A program made the translations under genes and the position numbers. From NCBI RefSeq assembly GCF_030028105.1, contig NC_092401.1:8714984-8778983 (forward strand): DNA of 64,000 bases, given 5' to 3'. Source of the DNA: Mobula birostris (Eukaryota). The notes beneath the pieces were generated by a model. It searched no databases. It saw only the letters and a list, made by a program, of their open reading frames with translations, and was not told the DNA's origin. This document shows, in pieces, positions 12,030 to 24,044 of this stretch. Every line of letters starts with the position of its first letter. Within the stretch, counting starts at the first letter, position 1.

Positions 12030-15000
12030 AAAATGGTAATAGAGCTTTGACCAGCAACCAAACTGGACATCAGATGTTGGCGAGGAGGGGATTTCATTCG
12101 CATCCACTGGCTGAGTAGAAAAGGGAGCAGTGGGTTGCAACAGCATATTAAAACTTTGCCCAGCAGCAAATCCTGACATGGTAAGTTTGACAGGAGGGGA
12201 TTTCACTGCCAGAGTAGAAAAGGGAGCAGCTGGTTGCAGCAGCGTAGTAGAGCTTTGAACAGCGACCAATCCGCGTTTGAGATTGATTAGCAAAAGCAAA
12301 CTAAAGAAAGACGGGCAAGCGCAGCGGCCATCATCTGGGGGGACAGAGTCAGAGGGGTGATCTTGAGACTTTACTCTTTGAGGCTTTAGTCAGAGAAAGC
12401 AAAAACAAAGAAAAGCTGTAGGTTATGTTTCTTTTCCTTCCCTCCTTCATATCTGCTCAGTTAGGATGACTAGACATGCCAGGCAGGATAGTGGAATGCT
12501 GCTCTTGCAGGATGTGGGAAGATAGGGAAACCTCCAATGTCCCTGACGACTATAACTGCGAGAAGTGCGTTCAGCTGCAGCTTCTAACAATCCACATTCA
12601 GGAGCTGGAGCTGGATGAATTCCGGATCATTCGGGAGACTGAAGGGGTAATGGATAGGACATATAGAGAGGTAGTTACGTCCATGGTGTAGGACACAGGA
12701 AAATGAGTGAGAGTCAGGAAGGGGAAAGGGGTTGAGGGGCCAGTGCAGAGTACCCATGTGGCTTTTTCCCTCAACAACAGGTATGTGACTTTGGATACTG
12801 TTGGGGACGTTGATCTTACAGAGGAAAATCACACTGGTTGGCTCTCTTGCACTTAGTCTGGTTCTGTGACTCAGAAGGGAAGGGGGAAGAAGAGGCACGC
12901 TGTGGCAATAGGTGACTCATTAGTTAGGGGAATGGACAGGAGGTTCTGTGGGTGAGAGTGAGATTCCCGGATGTTATATTGCCTCCTGGGTGCCAGGGCC
13001 TGGGACATCACTAGATTGAGTCCTCCGCATTCTTAAGTGGGAAAGGAAGCAGCTGGAGGTCATTGTCCAGGTAGGTACGAATGATGTGGGTAGGATGAGT
13101 GACGAGTTTCTGCATAGGGAGTTCTGGGAGTTAGGTGCTAAATTCAAGGGCAAGACCTCTCAGGATTGCTACTCGTGCCGTGTGCTAGTGAGGCCAGAAC
13201 TAGGAAGATTATACAATTTAATATGTGACTTAAGGAGTTGGTGTAGGAGGGAGGCATAAGATTTTTGGATCATTGTGCTCTCTTCCATGGAAGTTGGGGC
13301 CTGTACAAAAGGGATGGTTTGCACCTGAACTGGAGGGGGACTTAATATCCCAGTGAGAAGGTTGGTTAATGCTGCAAGTTGGAGTTTAAATGAGAGCTCC
13401 AGGGAGATGGGAGTGAGAGTGCCAGAACAGTTAGTGGTGAGGTTGTGGACGCAGATGTTGGTAAGACCTCTGACAAAGTTAGAAATCAAAAGGTTGAGTT
13501 CGGTGCGACTGGTGCCCTGAGCTGCGTGTATTTCAATGCAAGTATCGTAAGAAAGGTGGATGAGCTCAGGGTGTGGATCAGCACCTGGAATTATGACTTT
13601 GTAGCCATTAGTGAGACTTGGTTGCAGGAGGGACAGAACTGGCAGCTCAGTATGCTGGGGTTCCATTGTTTTAGACATGACAGAGCAGGAGGGATTAAAG
13701 GAGGAGGGGTGGTGTCAGGGAAAATATCATGACAGTGCTCTGTCAGGATAGATGGGAGAACTCCATAAGCGCGGGTGGAACTGAGAAATAAGAAAGTTTT
13801 GACCATGTTAAAGTTGCTATATTACAGACCACCCAAAAGTCCTAGGGATTGGGAGGAACAGATTTGTAAAGTGATCGCAGACTGTTGCAGGAAAAATAAG
13901 GTTGTTACAGTAGTTGCTTTTAACTTCCCACATATTGACTGGGAATCTCATACTGTAAAAGGACTAGATGGGATAGAGTTTGTCAAATGTGCTCAGGAAA
14001 GTTTCTTTCATCAGTACATAGAAGTCCCAATGAAAGGGCATGTGATATTGGATCTGCCATTAGGGAATGAGACAGGGCAGGTGACAGAAGTTTGTGCAGG
14101 GGAACGCTTTGCATCCAGTAACCACAGTGCCATTAGTTTCAAAGTAATTATGCAAAGAGATAGGTCTGGTCTGCGGGTTGAGATTCTAAATTGGAGAAAG
14201 GCCAATTTTGATAGTATCAGAAATGATCTGGCAAGTAGGGATTGGGACATGCTGTTGTCCTGGAAAGTGGGAGGCCTTCAAAAATGAAAATTTGAGAGTA
14301 CAAATCTTGTATGTGCCCGTCAGAATAAGAGGTAAGAATAACAAGTGTAGGGAACCTTGATTTTCAAGAGATATTGAGGCCCTGGTTAAGAGTAAAAAGG
14401 AGGTGCCTAACAGGTATACGCAAGTAGGAATAAATATTGTGCTTATGGAGTACAAGAAATGCAAGACAACACTTAAGAAACAAATCAGGAAGGTTAAAAG
14501 AAGGCATGAAGTTGCTCTAGCATACAAGGTGAAGGAGAATCATAAGGGATTCTACAGGTATGGTAAAAGCAAAAGGACTGTTAGGGACAAAATTGGTCCT
14601 CTGGATAACCAACATGGTAATCTACGTGAGAACCAAAACAGTTGGAGGAGATCTTAAATGCATTATTTGCATCCTTATTTCCTCAGGAGGTGGATGCAGA
14701 GTCTATAGAAGTGAGGCAAAATGGCATGAACTTGATGGATCCTGTACAGATTACAGAGGAGATGTTAGCTTGCTTGAGGCAAATCAGAGTGGATACATCC
14801 CCAGGGCCTGACAAGGTGCTCCCTCAGACCCAACGGGAGGCAAGTGCAGAAATTATGGGGCCCAAGCAAAGATATTTCAGATGTCCTTTGTGACGGGAGG
14901 GGTACCAGAGGACTGAAGAATAGCCAATGTTATCCTTCTGAAGGCTCTAAACAGACACCTGGAAATTATAGGCCAGTGAGTCTGACATCAGTTGTGTGAA

Positions 15001-16316
15001 AGTTCTTGGAAGGTATCCTAAGGGGCCAGATAAGGGGCCAATTATTTGGATAGACTGATTAGGGACAGTCAACATGGCTTTGTGCGTGGTAGGTCATGTC
15101 TAACCAGTCTTACAGAGTTTTTTGAGGAAGTTACCAGGAAAGTGGATGAAGGCAGGGCAGTGGATGTTGTCTGCATGGACTTTAGTAAGGCATTTGACAA
15201 GATCCTGTGTGGGATGCTGCTCAAGAAGGACAAGTCGTTTGGCATTCAAGCTGAAGTAGTAAATTGGATTAGACATTGGCTTTGTGGAAGAAGCCAGAGA
15301 GCGGTCGTAAAGGGTTGCCTCTCTGACTGGAGGCCTGTGACTAGTGGTGTGCCACAGGGATCGGTGCTGGGCCCTTGTTTTGTCATCTGGATCATAATGT
15401 GGTTAACTGGATCAGCAGATTTGCAGATGACACCAAGGTTGAGGGTGTAGTGGACAGTGAGGAAAGCTGTCATGGCTTGCAGAGGGATCTGCATCAGCTG
15501 GGAAAATGGGCTGAAAAATGACAGATGGAATTTAATGCAGACAAATGTGAGGTTTTGCACTTCGGAAGGATCAACCAGGGTAGGCCTTACACAGTGAATG
15601 TTAGGGCACTGAGGAGTGTGGTAGAGTAAAGTGATCTGGGAATACAGGTACATAATTCTTTGAAAGTGACATCACAGGTAGATAGGGTTGTAGAGAAAGC
15701 TTTTTGCACATTTGCCTTCAAAAATCAATGTATTGAGTACAGAAGATGGGGTGGAAGTTGGAGTTGCATAAGACTCTGGCGAGGCCTAATTTGGAGTATT
15801 GTGTGCAGGTTTGGTTACCTACCTACAGGAAAATGTAAACAAGGTTGAAAGAGTGCAGAGAAAATTTACAATGATTGTTGCTGGGTCTGGAGGATCTGGA
15901 TTACAAGGAAAGATTGAATAGGTTAGGACTGTATTCTTTAGAATGTAGAAGACTGAGAGGAGATTTGAATGAGATATACAAAATTATGTGGAGTACCGAT
16001 AGGGAAAATGCAAGCAGGCTTTTTCCCACTGAGGTTAGGCGGGAATACAACCAAGCGTCATGAGTTACGTATGAAAGGTGAGAAGTTTAACGGGAACATG
16101 AGGGGAAACTTCTTTACTCAGGGGGTCGTGAGAGTGTGGAATGAGCTGCCAGCACAAGTGGTGCATGCGAGCTTGATTTTAACGTTTAAGAGAAGTTTAA
16201 ATAGGTACATGGATGTAGGGATATGGAGGACTATGGAGTAGGCAGTTTAAATGGATTTTGGCATGGACTGGATGGTCCAAAGGGCTTGTTGCTGTGCTGT
16301 ACTTCTCTATGACAAT
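12030..16316 (+). mobile_element. Near-full-length CR1 LINE (ORF1 zinc finger plus SGNH esterase; ORF2 APE endonuclease plus RT), disrupted
   Basis: ORF1 VECCSCRMWE..NCEKC (12476) and AIGDSLVRG (about 12900); ORF2 [53 protein letters not shown]; 3' tail ctgtacttctctatgac; many stops and frameshifts. Confidence 0.9.
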
Positions 16317-16394
16317 GATTCATCAGAAAAGGCATAAGTCAATACCATTGCTCGGAGAAGGTGACATCAATCAATGGTATAAGTTACGGTTATG

Positions 16395-16825
16395 GATTCC
16401 ACAACCTGCCTGGGTCATAGGGGTGCTGTATAGATCAGTGCTGCACCAGTTGCCTCCATCTCTCTCAGTTGTGGGTGAGTGCCTGGGTTGCGGCAAAGCT
16501 CTGTCTGGTCCACTCTGTAATGTTGACTGCCCATTTCTTCCTTTGTCTGCCCCTTTTCCTTTTCCCCTGCACCTTTCCCTCAAGAGCAGTCTTTGAGAGT
16601 CCACTTGATCTTGCTATGCGGCCATACCATCTCAGTGTCCTCTTCTTTACTGTGGACAGTGGGTCTTTGTAGTGTCTCATATGCTGGGTGATGGTTCTTC
16701 ACACTTCATTGTTTGAGACATGGTCAGTATAGGAGATGCCGAGGGGCGTTCTGAAACATCTCATTTCTACTGCCTGGAACTTCTTTTGCAGTTCTCCTGT
16801 CAAAGTCCATGATTTGCATGTAGGA
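16395..16825 (-). mobile_element. RTE-clade LINE 3' fragment
   Basis: ORF 16465-16680 LRWYGRIARSSGLSKTALEGKVQGKRKRGRQRKKW is the typical RTE ORF C-terminus. Confidence 0.8.
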
Positions 16826-16958
16826 CTTTCAACTTGGATCTGAGATCCAATAGAAGTAGAGCTGTTTGTGGAGAATAGTTATTGTGTGTGGTGGTGTGTT
16901 TGCACCTCATTGTGTCCTCTGACGTGAAAAACGTAATTCATTGTGTTTACAACAGTAA

Positions 16959-17273
16959 GTAATAAAGGCATCCGTTAGTCTTGCGAGACCATGGATCTGC
17001 GCCTGGAAGGTCTTCACTCTCCAGGGCACAGGCCTGGGCAAGGTTGTATGGAAGACCAGCAGTTGCCATGCTGCAAGTCTTCCCTCTCCACGACACCAAT
17101 GTTGTCCAAGGGAAGGGCATTAGGACCCGTACAGCTTGGCACTAGTGTCGTCACAGAGCAATGTGTGATTAAGTGCCTTGCTCAAGGACACAACACGTTC
17201 CCTCGGCAGGGGCTCGAACTCACAACCTTCAAGTAGCTAGTCCAGTGCCTTAACCATTTGGCCATGTGCCCAC
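16959..17273 (-). mobile_element. tRNA-headed SINE with CORE-like segment and RTE-type tail
   Basis: Head GTGGGCACATGGCCAAATGGTTAAGGC..GTTCGAGCCC (A and B boxes), then GTGTCCTTGAGCAAGGCACTTAA; flanked by a 12-bp TSD ttacaa(c/t)agtaa at 16947-16958 and 17274-17285. Confidence 0.85.
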
Positions 17274-17702
17274 TTACAATAGTAACAAGTACAGTTAAAA
17301 GTGAATACAGTTATTTGGACACATCGACTTCAATGAGATGAAGAGAGTGGCCCATTTTTAGTTTTGTTGGATGGAGAATTAACTGTGGCCAAAGTTCCAC
17401 CTCTAATTTTGCCATGTGACATATCTATTTGGTAGTGCAGTCCTTCTCTTTGGACTAATTAAATTATGTGCTTAAGTGTGGAATACCAAGTTTCCTGAAA
17501 GTACGTAACAATAGACAATTAACACGGAAATGAGTGCTGCCAACTGAGCCAAAGTAATTCTGTGTATGTAGGAAATGCATTAGGTGACAAGTATTTGTAC
17601 AAGGAGTAGGTATCCTATGTGGCAGCACTAAAGATAGTGTTAATTACATGCAGCATGTTTACTCACAAGCTGCCTAATTATTGACAGTGTAACTTAAGTG
17701 TA

Positions 17703-18890
17703 CAGGTTTCCCCCACAATCCGAAGGTAGAGCGTTCCTATGAAACGGTTCGTAAGCCAGAATGTCGTAAAGTGAATAAGCAATTACCAGTTATTTATATG
17801 GGAAAAATTTTTGAGCGTTCCCAGACCCAATAACCTACAGAATCATGCCAAATAACACATAAAATCTAAAATAGCAGTAACATATAGTAAAAGCAGGAAT
17901 GATATGATAAATACACAGCCTATATAAAGTAGAAGTACTTTTCTGCAGCACTGTCTAGCGCTCTTGGCAGAAACACAGTGCAAGTGCTCTTGGCAGAAAC
18001 ACTCTCTCCAGTAACCTTTAAGTTATGAAGCTGCTAAATCATACCAAATAACACATAAAAACACATAGCCTATGTAAAGTAGAACTAATGTATGTACAGT
18101 GTAGTTTCACTTACCGGAATCGGGAAGACTCCAATAAATTGCAGTTTTGTCACAGTTAAACACTTGCTTATACAAATAACCACCTTCTGTAATTATTTTC
18201 TTCAGTTCTGCTAGGAACTTTTTGGCAGCTTCAGTATCAGCTGAAGCGCTCTCTCCAGTAAACGTTAAACTATGAAGCTGCCCTTGCCTCAGAAACTGAT
18301 CAAACCACCCATGACTACCTTTAAATTCCACTTACGCAACACTTTCACCACCATCGTCCAGTGGTTTTTGTTTCAGCTTATTAAAAAGACTGACTGATTT
18401 CTCCTTAAGTAGAAGAAAACTTAACGGAACACCACGCTTTGTACACCCATCAATCCACTCAAGCAATAGATTTTCCATTTTATCCATTATTGGACGCCGA
18501 CTAAGAGAGACCACTTTGCTACGAGCAGAACCAACAGTAACATCGGCAGCTTTCAAAATTCTCTCTGCGTATAAATAGTGCGAATGGTGAACGCAGGCAA
18601 GTTCAACGCACGGACAATGTCCTTACTTCGTTCACCATGATCGAAAGGCTTAATTATGTCTAGTTTTACGCTAAGCATTACACCCTTACGAGCTCTTTTA
18701 GGCTTTTCCGATACCTTAGGACTCAGCTTGCTAACGGATGCACAAAATAAATCGAGATAAAGCACGTGTTTAAGCAATGGCAGCTAGAATGCAGTTCTGG
18801 GGGAAGAGCTTGACTGTTCGGGCAGGCACTGACTTCTTTCGTAACAGCGAGGTGTCGTAAAGCGAACATTTGGAAAATGGGGGCCACCTG
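17703..18890 (-). mobile_element. Tigger/pogo DNA transposon, internally deleted, with fragmented CENP-B-type transposase
   Basis: TA flanks on both sides; imperfect TIRs CAGGT(TT/GG)CCCCCA; ORFs 18777-18107 give HTH (KLDIIK..GE), MENLLLEWI, FKGSHGWFDQF, TGESASAD, QVFNCD.T.IYW typical of TIGD/pogo. Confidence 0.88.
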
Positions 18891-19071
18891 TACTATGTAA
18901 GTGCTAGGAGGCCCTGAATGAACTGTGCATGTTTACACAGTCCACATGGGAGAAATACCTGTAAGAACAATGGGTGCAGAGACAGCTGATATATGGGGAA
19001 TAGATAGTGGCAGCCTCACTGACTACAAGCTTAGAGACATTTTATGCACAGACCACACAGCATGCAGGCAG

Positions 19072-19338
19072 ATCTTTATTGTTATTTATTGCGATACAAC
19101 GCAGAATAGGCCTTCCAGCCCTTAGAGCCGTGCTACCCAGCAACCCTCTGACCTAACCCCAGCCTAAACATGGGATAATCTACAATGACCAATTAACCTA
19201 CCAGCCAGTACGTCTTTGGGCTGTGGGAGGAAACCAGAGCACGTGGAACGTACAAACTACTTACAGACAGCGGCAGGAATTGAACACAGATCGCTAGTAC
19301 TGTGAAGCGTACTAAGCACTATGCTATCATGCTGCCCC
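19072..19338 (-). mobile_element. V-SINE (HE1/mermaid-like tRNA-derived SINE)
   Basis: GTTCAATTCC B box followed by the V-domain tgctctggtttcctcccacag..aaagacgt..ggttaattgg. Confidence 0.7.
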
Positions 19339-21501
19339 ATCTTGTATGGGGTGTGTCTGTGTGTAAAACTGCTAAAGGGACCTATGTGTATGTGGCCAGG
19401 CAGTGTGGAAACTATGTGTGCAGTATATTTTTGAAAGGGGTATAGGTGTATTGGGAGTCCCTGCATAGACAGTATGTGTATGTGGTTAACTCATAAATGG
19501 ATCTTAGTTATACAAGGTCTTAGGGGAAGGTACGACCTGTATAAAAGGAAGGGGTTACATCTGACCCTGAGGGGATCCAATATCCTTGCAAGCATTTTAG
19601 CTAGAGTTGTTCGGGATGGTTTAAACTAATTTGGCAGGGGGATGGGAACTGGTATGATAGTGCTGAGGGTGAAGTAGTTGGTTTACAAACAGAGGCAATG
19701 TGTAGTGAGGAGAGGCTGATGACAGGGCAAAATTGCAGTTAACAGGATGAGTTGGAATGTAAAAGGCAGACAAATTTTTTTTAAAGGGTCAATACAGGAC
19801 TCAAGGTGTTATATTTGAACGTTTGCAGTACACGGAATAAGGTAGATGAACTTGTAACGTAGTTACAAATTGGCATCTATGATGTAGGCATCACCGAATC
19901 ATGGCTGAAAGAAAACTACTGTATAGTTGGGAGTTTAATGGCCAGGGATACTCATTGTATCAAAAAGATAGGCAGGAAAACAGAGGAGGTGGCATTGCTC
20001 TATTGGTTTAAAAAAAAGAAATCAAATCATTAGAAAGAGGTGACATAGGGTCAGAAAGTGTTGAATCATTGTGGATACAGCTAAGGAATTGCAAGGGTAA
20101 AAAGACCTTAATGGGAGTTGTATACTAGCCCCCAAATAGTAGTAAGGATGTGGTTTACAAATTACAACAGAGATAGAAAATACAATAGTCGTGGGGGATT
20201 TCAATATGCAGGTAGGTTAGGAAAATCAGATTGGTGCAGGATCCGAACAGAAGGAATTTCTAGAATGCCTAGAAGATGGCTTTTTAGAGCAACTCGTGGT
20301 TGAGCCCACTAGGGGATTGTATTGGATTGGGTGTTGTGCACTCAACCAGAATTGATTAGAGAGCTTAAGGTAAAAGAACCTGAGGGGCAAGTGATCATAA
20401 GTGGGCAGGGATGATGGCAGAGCAGCAATTCGGAAGCCACAGGATATATACATTCCAAAGAAGAAGAAGTATTCTAAAGCAAAGATGACACAACCATGGC
20501 GAATAAGAGAAGTCAAAACCAAAACAAAAGCCAAAGTGAGGGCATATAATAGAGCAAAATTTAATGGAAATTTAGAGGATTGGGAAGCTTTTAAAAACCA
20601 TCAGAAGGCAACTAAAAGTCATTAAGAAGGTAAAGATGGAATACAAGAGTAAGCTAGCCAATAATATTAAAGAGGATACCAAAAGTTTCTTCGGATACAT
20701 AGTCTAAAAGAGAGATGAGAGTGGATATGTCTGCTGAAAAACGATGCTGAAGAAAGTGAATGTGATTGGTGGAAGGGAATGATGCTGGGGGACAAGGAAA
20801 TGCCGGATGAACTGTATAATATTTTGCATCAGTCTTCACTGTGGAAGACTCTTTAACAGTATGCCAGGAGTTTGAAGGTGTTGGTGGACAGAAATGTGTG
20901 AAGTTGCCGTTACTAGGGAGAAGGTTCTTAGCAAACTGAAAGGTTTGAAGGTAGATAAGTCACCTAGACCAGATGGTGTACACCCCTGGGTTCTCAGAGA
21001 GGTAGCTGAAGAGATTGTGGAAGCATTAGTAATGATCTTCCAAGAATCACTGGATCCTGGAATGGTTCCAGAAGATTGAAAATTGCAAATGTCAGTCCAC
21101 TCTTCAAGAAAGGAGAGAGGCAGAAGAAAGGAAATTATAGGCCAGTTAGTCTGATTTCAGTGGTTGGGAAGATATTGGAGTCAATTGTTTCGGGTGTGGT
21201 TTCCGGGTACTTGGAGGCACATGATAAAATAGGCCGTAGTCAGCATGGTTTCCTCAAGAGAAAATCTTGCCTGTTGGAATTCTTTGAAGAAATAAGAAGG
21301 AAGATTGACAAAGGAGAATTGGTTGATGTGTACTTTGACAAGGTGCCACATATGAGGCTGTTTAACAAGTTATGATCCCATGGTATTACAGGAAAGATTC
21401 TAGCATGGATAAAGCTGTGGCTGATTGGCAGGAGGCAAAGAGCGGGAATAAAGCGAGCCTTTTCTAATTGGCTGCCGGTGACTGGTGGTGATCCACAGGG
21501 G

Positions 21502-21865
21502 CAGACATCCCACCCCTCCCGGAAGTTCCAGGAGTCTCCCGCATATTAATAGTGGCTCCCTGATGCCCGCAAATTATATACAATGTCCCGGTAGTCAATT
21601 TTTTTGAGAGAGTGAGCGTGAGAGAGAGAGTGAGAGAGCGAGAGCAACCATGAGAGAGAGCAAGCGTGAGAGAGACCATGAGGGCGGGAGAGCACGGGAG
21701 AGAGAGCGAGAGCGACCATGAGAGAGAGAGAGTGAGAGCGACCATGAGAGAGAGAGAGAGAGAGAGCGCGACCATGAGAGAGAGAGCAAGCGAGTGTGAG
21801 AGAGACCACGAGAGCGAGAGCGACCACGAGAGAGAGAGCGAGCACGAGAGACACCACGAGAGCGC

Positions 21866-21908
<43 letters not shown>

Positions 21909-22064
21909 CGCGTGCGCCATGGCAGAGTGTTCCAAAAAAAGAAAATATGAAACGTACGTCAGTCCAGACTACACTAAAGTGTACCCCTGCCTAATAGGGG
22001 TCAAAAATAATGATAGTGTTGCTCGCTGCACTGTTTGCAACAATGACTTTTCTATTGCCCATGG
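21502..22064 (+). mobile_element. 5' fragment of a hAT-like DNA transposon with a GA-rich microsatellite and a BED-finger-like transposase N-terminus
   Basis: Breaks the CR1 at ..ccacagggg|; starts CAGACATCCC with CCCGG/CCCG subterminal repeats; ORF from 21919 MAECSKKRKY..ARCTVCNNDFSIAHG resembles hAT N-terminal zinc fingers; (GA)n-rich tract 21606-21905. Confidence 0.6.
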
Positions 22065-22776
22065 ATATACATGTCAGAATGGGAATGGGATGTGGAATTA
22101 AAATGTGTGGCCACTGGGAGATACTGCTTTCTCTGGCGGACAGAGCGTAGATGTTCAGCAAAGCGGTCTCCCAGTCTGCGTCGGGTCTCGCCAATATATA
22201 AAAGGCACAGCCTTTTGTCTATCCACGGCCTCCTCTACTGTAAAGATGAAGCCACACTCAGGTTGGAGGAACAACACCTTATATTCTGTCTGGGTAGCCT
22301 CCAACCTGATGGCATGAACATCGACTTCTCTAAGTTCCGCTAAGGCCCCACCTCCCCCTCGTACCCCATCTGTTACTTATTTTTATGCACACATTCTTTC
22401 TCTTACTCTCCTTTTTCTCCCTTCTGTCCCTCTGAATATACCTCTTGCCCATCCTCTGGGTCCCCCCCCACTTTGTCTTTCTTCCCGGACCTCCTGTCCC
22501 ATGATCCTCTCGTATCCCCTTTTGCCTATCACCTGTCCAGCTCTTGGCTCCATCCCTCCCCCTCCTGTCTTCTCCTATCATTTTGGATCTCCCCCTCCCC
22601 CTCCCCCTCCAACTTTCAAGTCCCTTACTCACTCTTCCTTCAGTTAGTCCTGACGAAGGGTCTCGGCCTGAAACGTCGACTGCACCTCTTCCTACAGATG
22701 CTGCCTGGCCTGCTGCGTTCACCAGCAACTTTGATGTGTGTTGCTTGAATTTCCAGCATCTGCAGAATTCCTGTTG
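22059..22776 (+). mobile_element. Young Penelope-like element 3' fragment with inverted 5' segment (22059-22208)
   Basis: Forward part encodes SIHGLLYCKDEATLRLEEQHLIFCLGSLQPDGMNIDFSKFR; inverted part encodes LLYIGETRRRLGDRFAEH (GIY-YIG); closely similar to the copy at 59100-59743. Confidence 0.85.
22646..22681 (+). ncRNA. Minimal type I hammerhead ribozyme (Penelope pLTR)
   Basis: AGTC-CTGACGA-A-GGGT CTCG GCCT-GAAAC-GTC-GACT: stem I AGTC/GACT, core CUGANGA and GAAA, palindromic stem III ACGU, GUC cleavage triplet. Confidence 0.8.
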
Positions 22777-23512
22777 AATGATGGAATTGATGGCTTTTTG
22801 CAAAGTTTGCAGACGATACAAACTTAGGTGGAGGGATGCGTAGTTTTGAGGAAGCAGAGAGGCAATAGAATGACTTAGACAGATTAGGAGAAAATGGCAG
22901 TTGGAATACAGTGTCAGGAAGTGTTCGGTCATGCATTTTGGTGGAAGAAATGAAAAGCTAGACTATTTTCTAGATGGGGAGCAAATACAAAAAACAGAGG
23001 AACTTGAAAGTCCTTGTGCTGGATTCCCTAAAAGTTAACTTGCATGTCGAGTCTGTGGTAAGGAAGGCAAATGCAATGTTATCATTCATTTGAAGAGGAC
23101 TAGAATATAAAAGCAAGGTTATAATGTTGAGACTTTATAAGGCACTGGTAAGGCCTCACTTGGAGTATTGTGAACAGTTTTGGGCCCCTTAGAAAAGATA
23201 TGCTGAAACTAGAGGGGGTTCAAAGGAGGTTCATGAAAATGATTCCAGGATTGAATAGCTTATCATATGAAGAGCGTTTGATGGCTCTGGGCCTGTATTC
23301 AGTGGAATTCAGAAAAATGAGGGGTGACCTAATTGAAACTTACCAAATGGTAAAAAGTCTTGATAGAGTGGATATGGAGAGGCCGTTCCTATGGTGGGAA
23401 AGTCTAAGACCAGAGGACACAGCCTCAGAATAAAGGGGCGTCCTTTTAGAACAGAGATGAGGAGGAATTTCTTTAGCCAGAGAGTAGTGGATCTGTGGAA
23501 CTTGTCGCCACA

Positions 23513-24044
23513 TAGTGTTGCCAACTGTCCTGTATTAGCCGGGACATCCCATATATTGGGCTAAATTGGTTTGTCCCATATGAGACCGCCCTTGTCCCGT
23601 ATTTCCCCCGCTAAGGCAGGGCGTTCCTATGAAACCGTTTGTAAGCCAAAATGGCGTAAAGTGCAGAAGCAATTACCATTAATTTATATGGGAAAAATTT
23701 TTGAGCATTCCCAGACCCAAAAAATAACCTACCAAGTCATACCAATAACACATAAAACCTAAAATAACACCAACATATAGTAAAAGCAGGAATGATATGA
23801 TAAATACACGGCCTATATAAAGTAGAAAAAATGTATGAACAGTGTATCAGAATCGGAAAGATTAAGCCAAAACCGATTTGTAGAAAAAAATCGGCACGTA
23901 CATGCATGCGCATGCACGTATGCTCACACAGGTGTCCGCGCAAGGCTTCGTGGTCATGGTAGTCTTTCTCAGGGTAAACACAAGTGTCCCGTATTTGACT
24001 GCTACTTTTGTCCCTTATTTGGGAGTGAGAAAGTTGGCAACTCA
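23513..24044. mobile_element. hAT (Blackjack/MER81-like) MITE inserted in the CR1 3' region, carrying Tigger-derived sequence
   Basis: Ends tagtgttgccaact ... agttggcaactca; internal TGTCCC/GGGACA repeats; interrupts the CR1 at ccaca|ggcagc; 23602-23860 matches the Tigger element at 17707-17935 and 18078-18130. Confidence 0.75.

Noticed and set aside
17200-17273. tRNA gene on the minus strand
   Set aside because: A and B boxes are present but there is no clean acceptor stem; it continues into a SINE body and is flanked by a TSD.
21464-21950. Ser/Leu- and Arg/Glu-repeat ORFs
   Set aside because: Artefacts of the (GA)n-rich microsatellite inside the hAT fragment.
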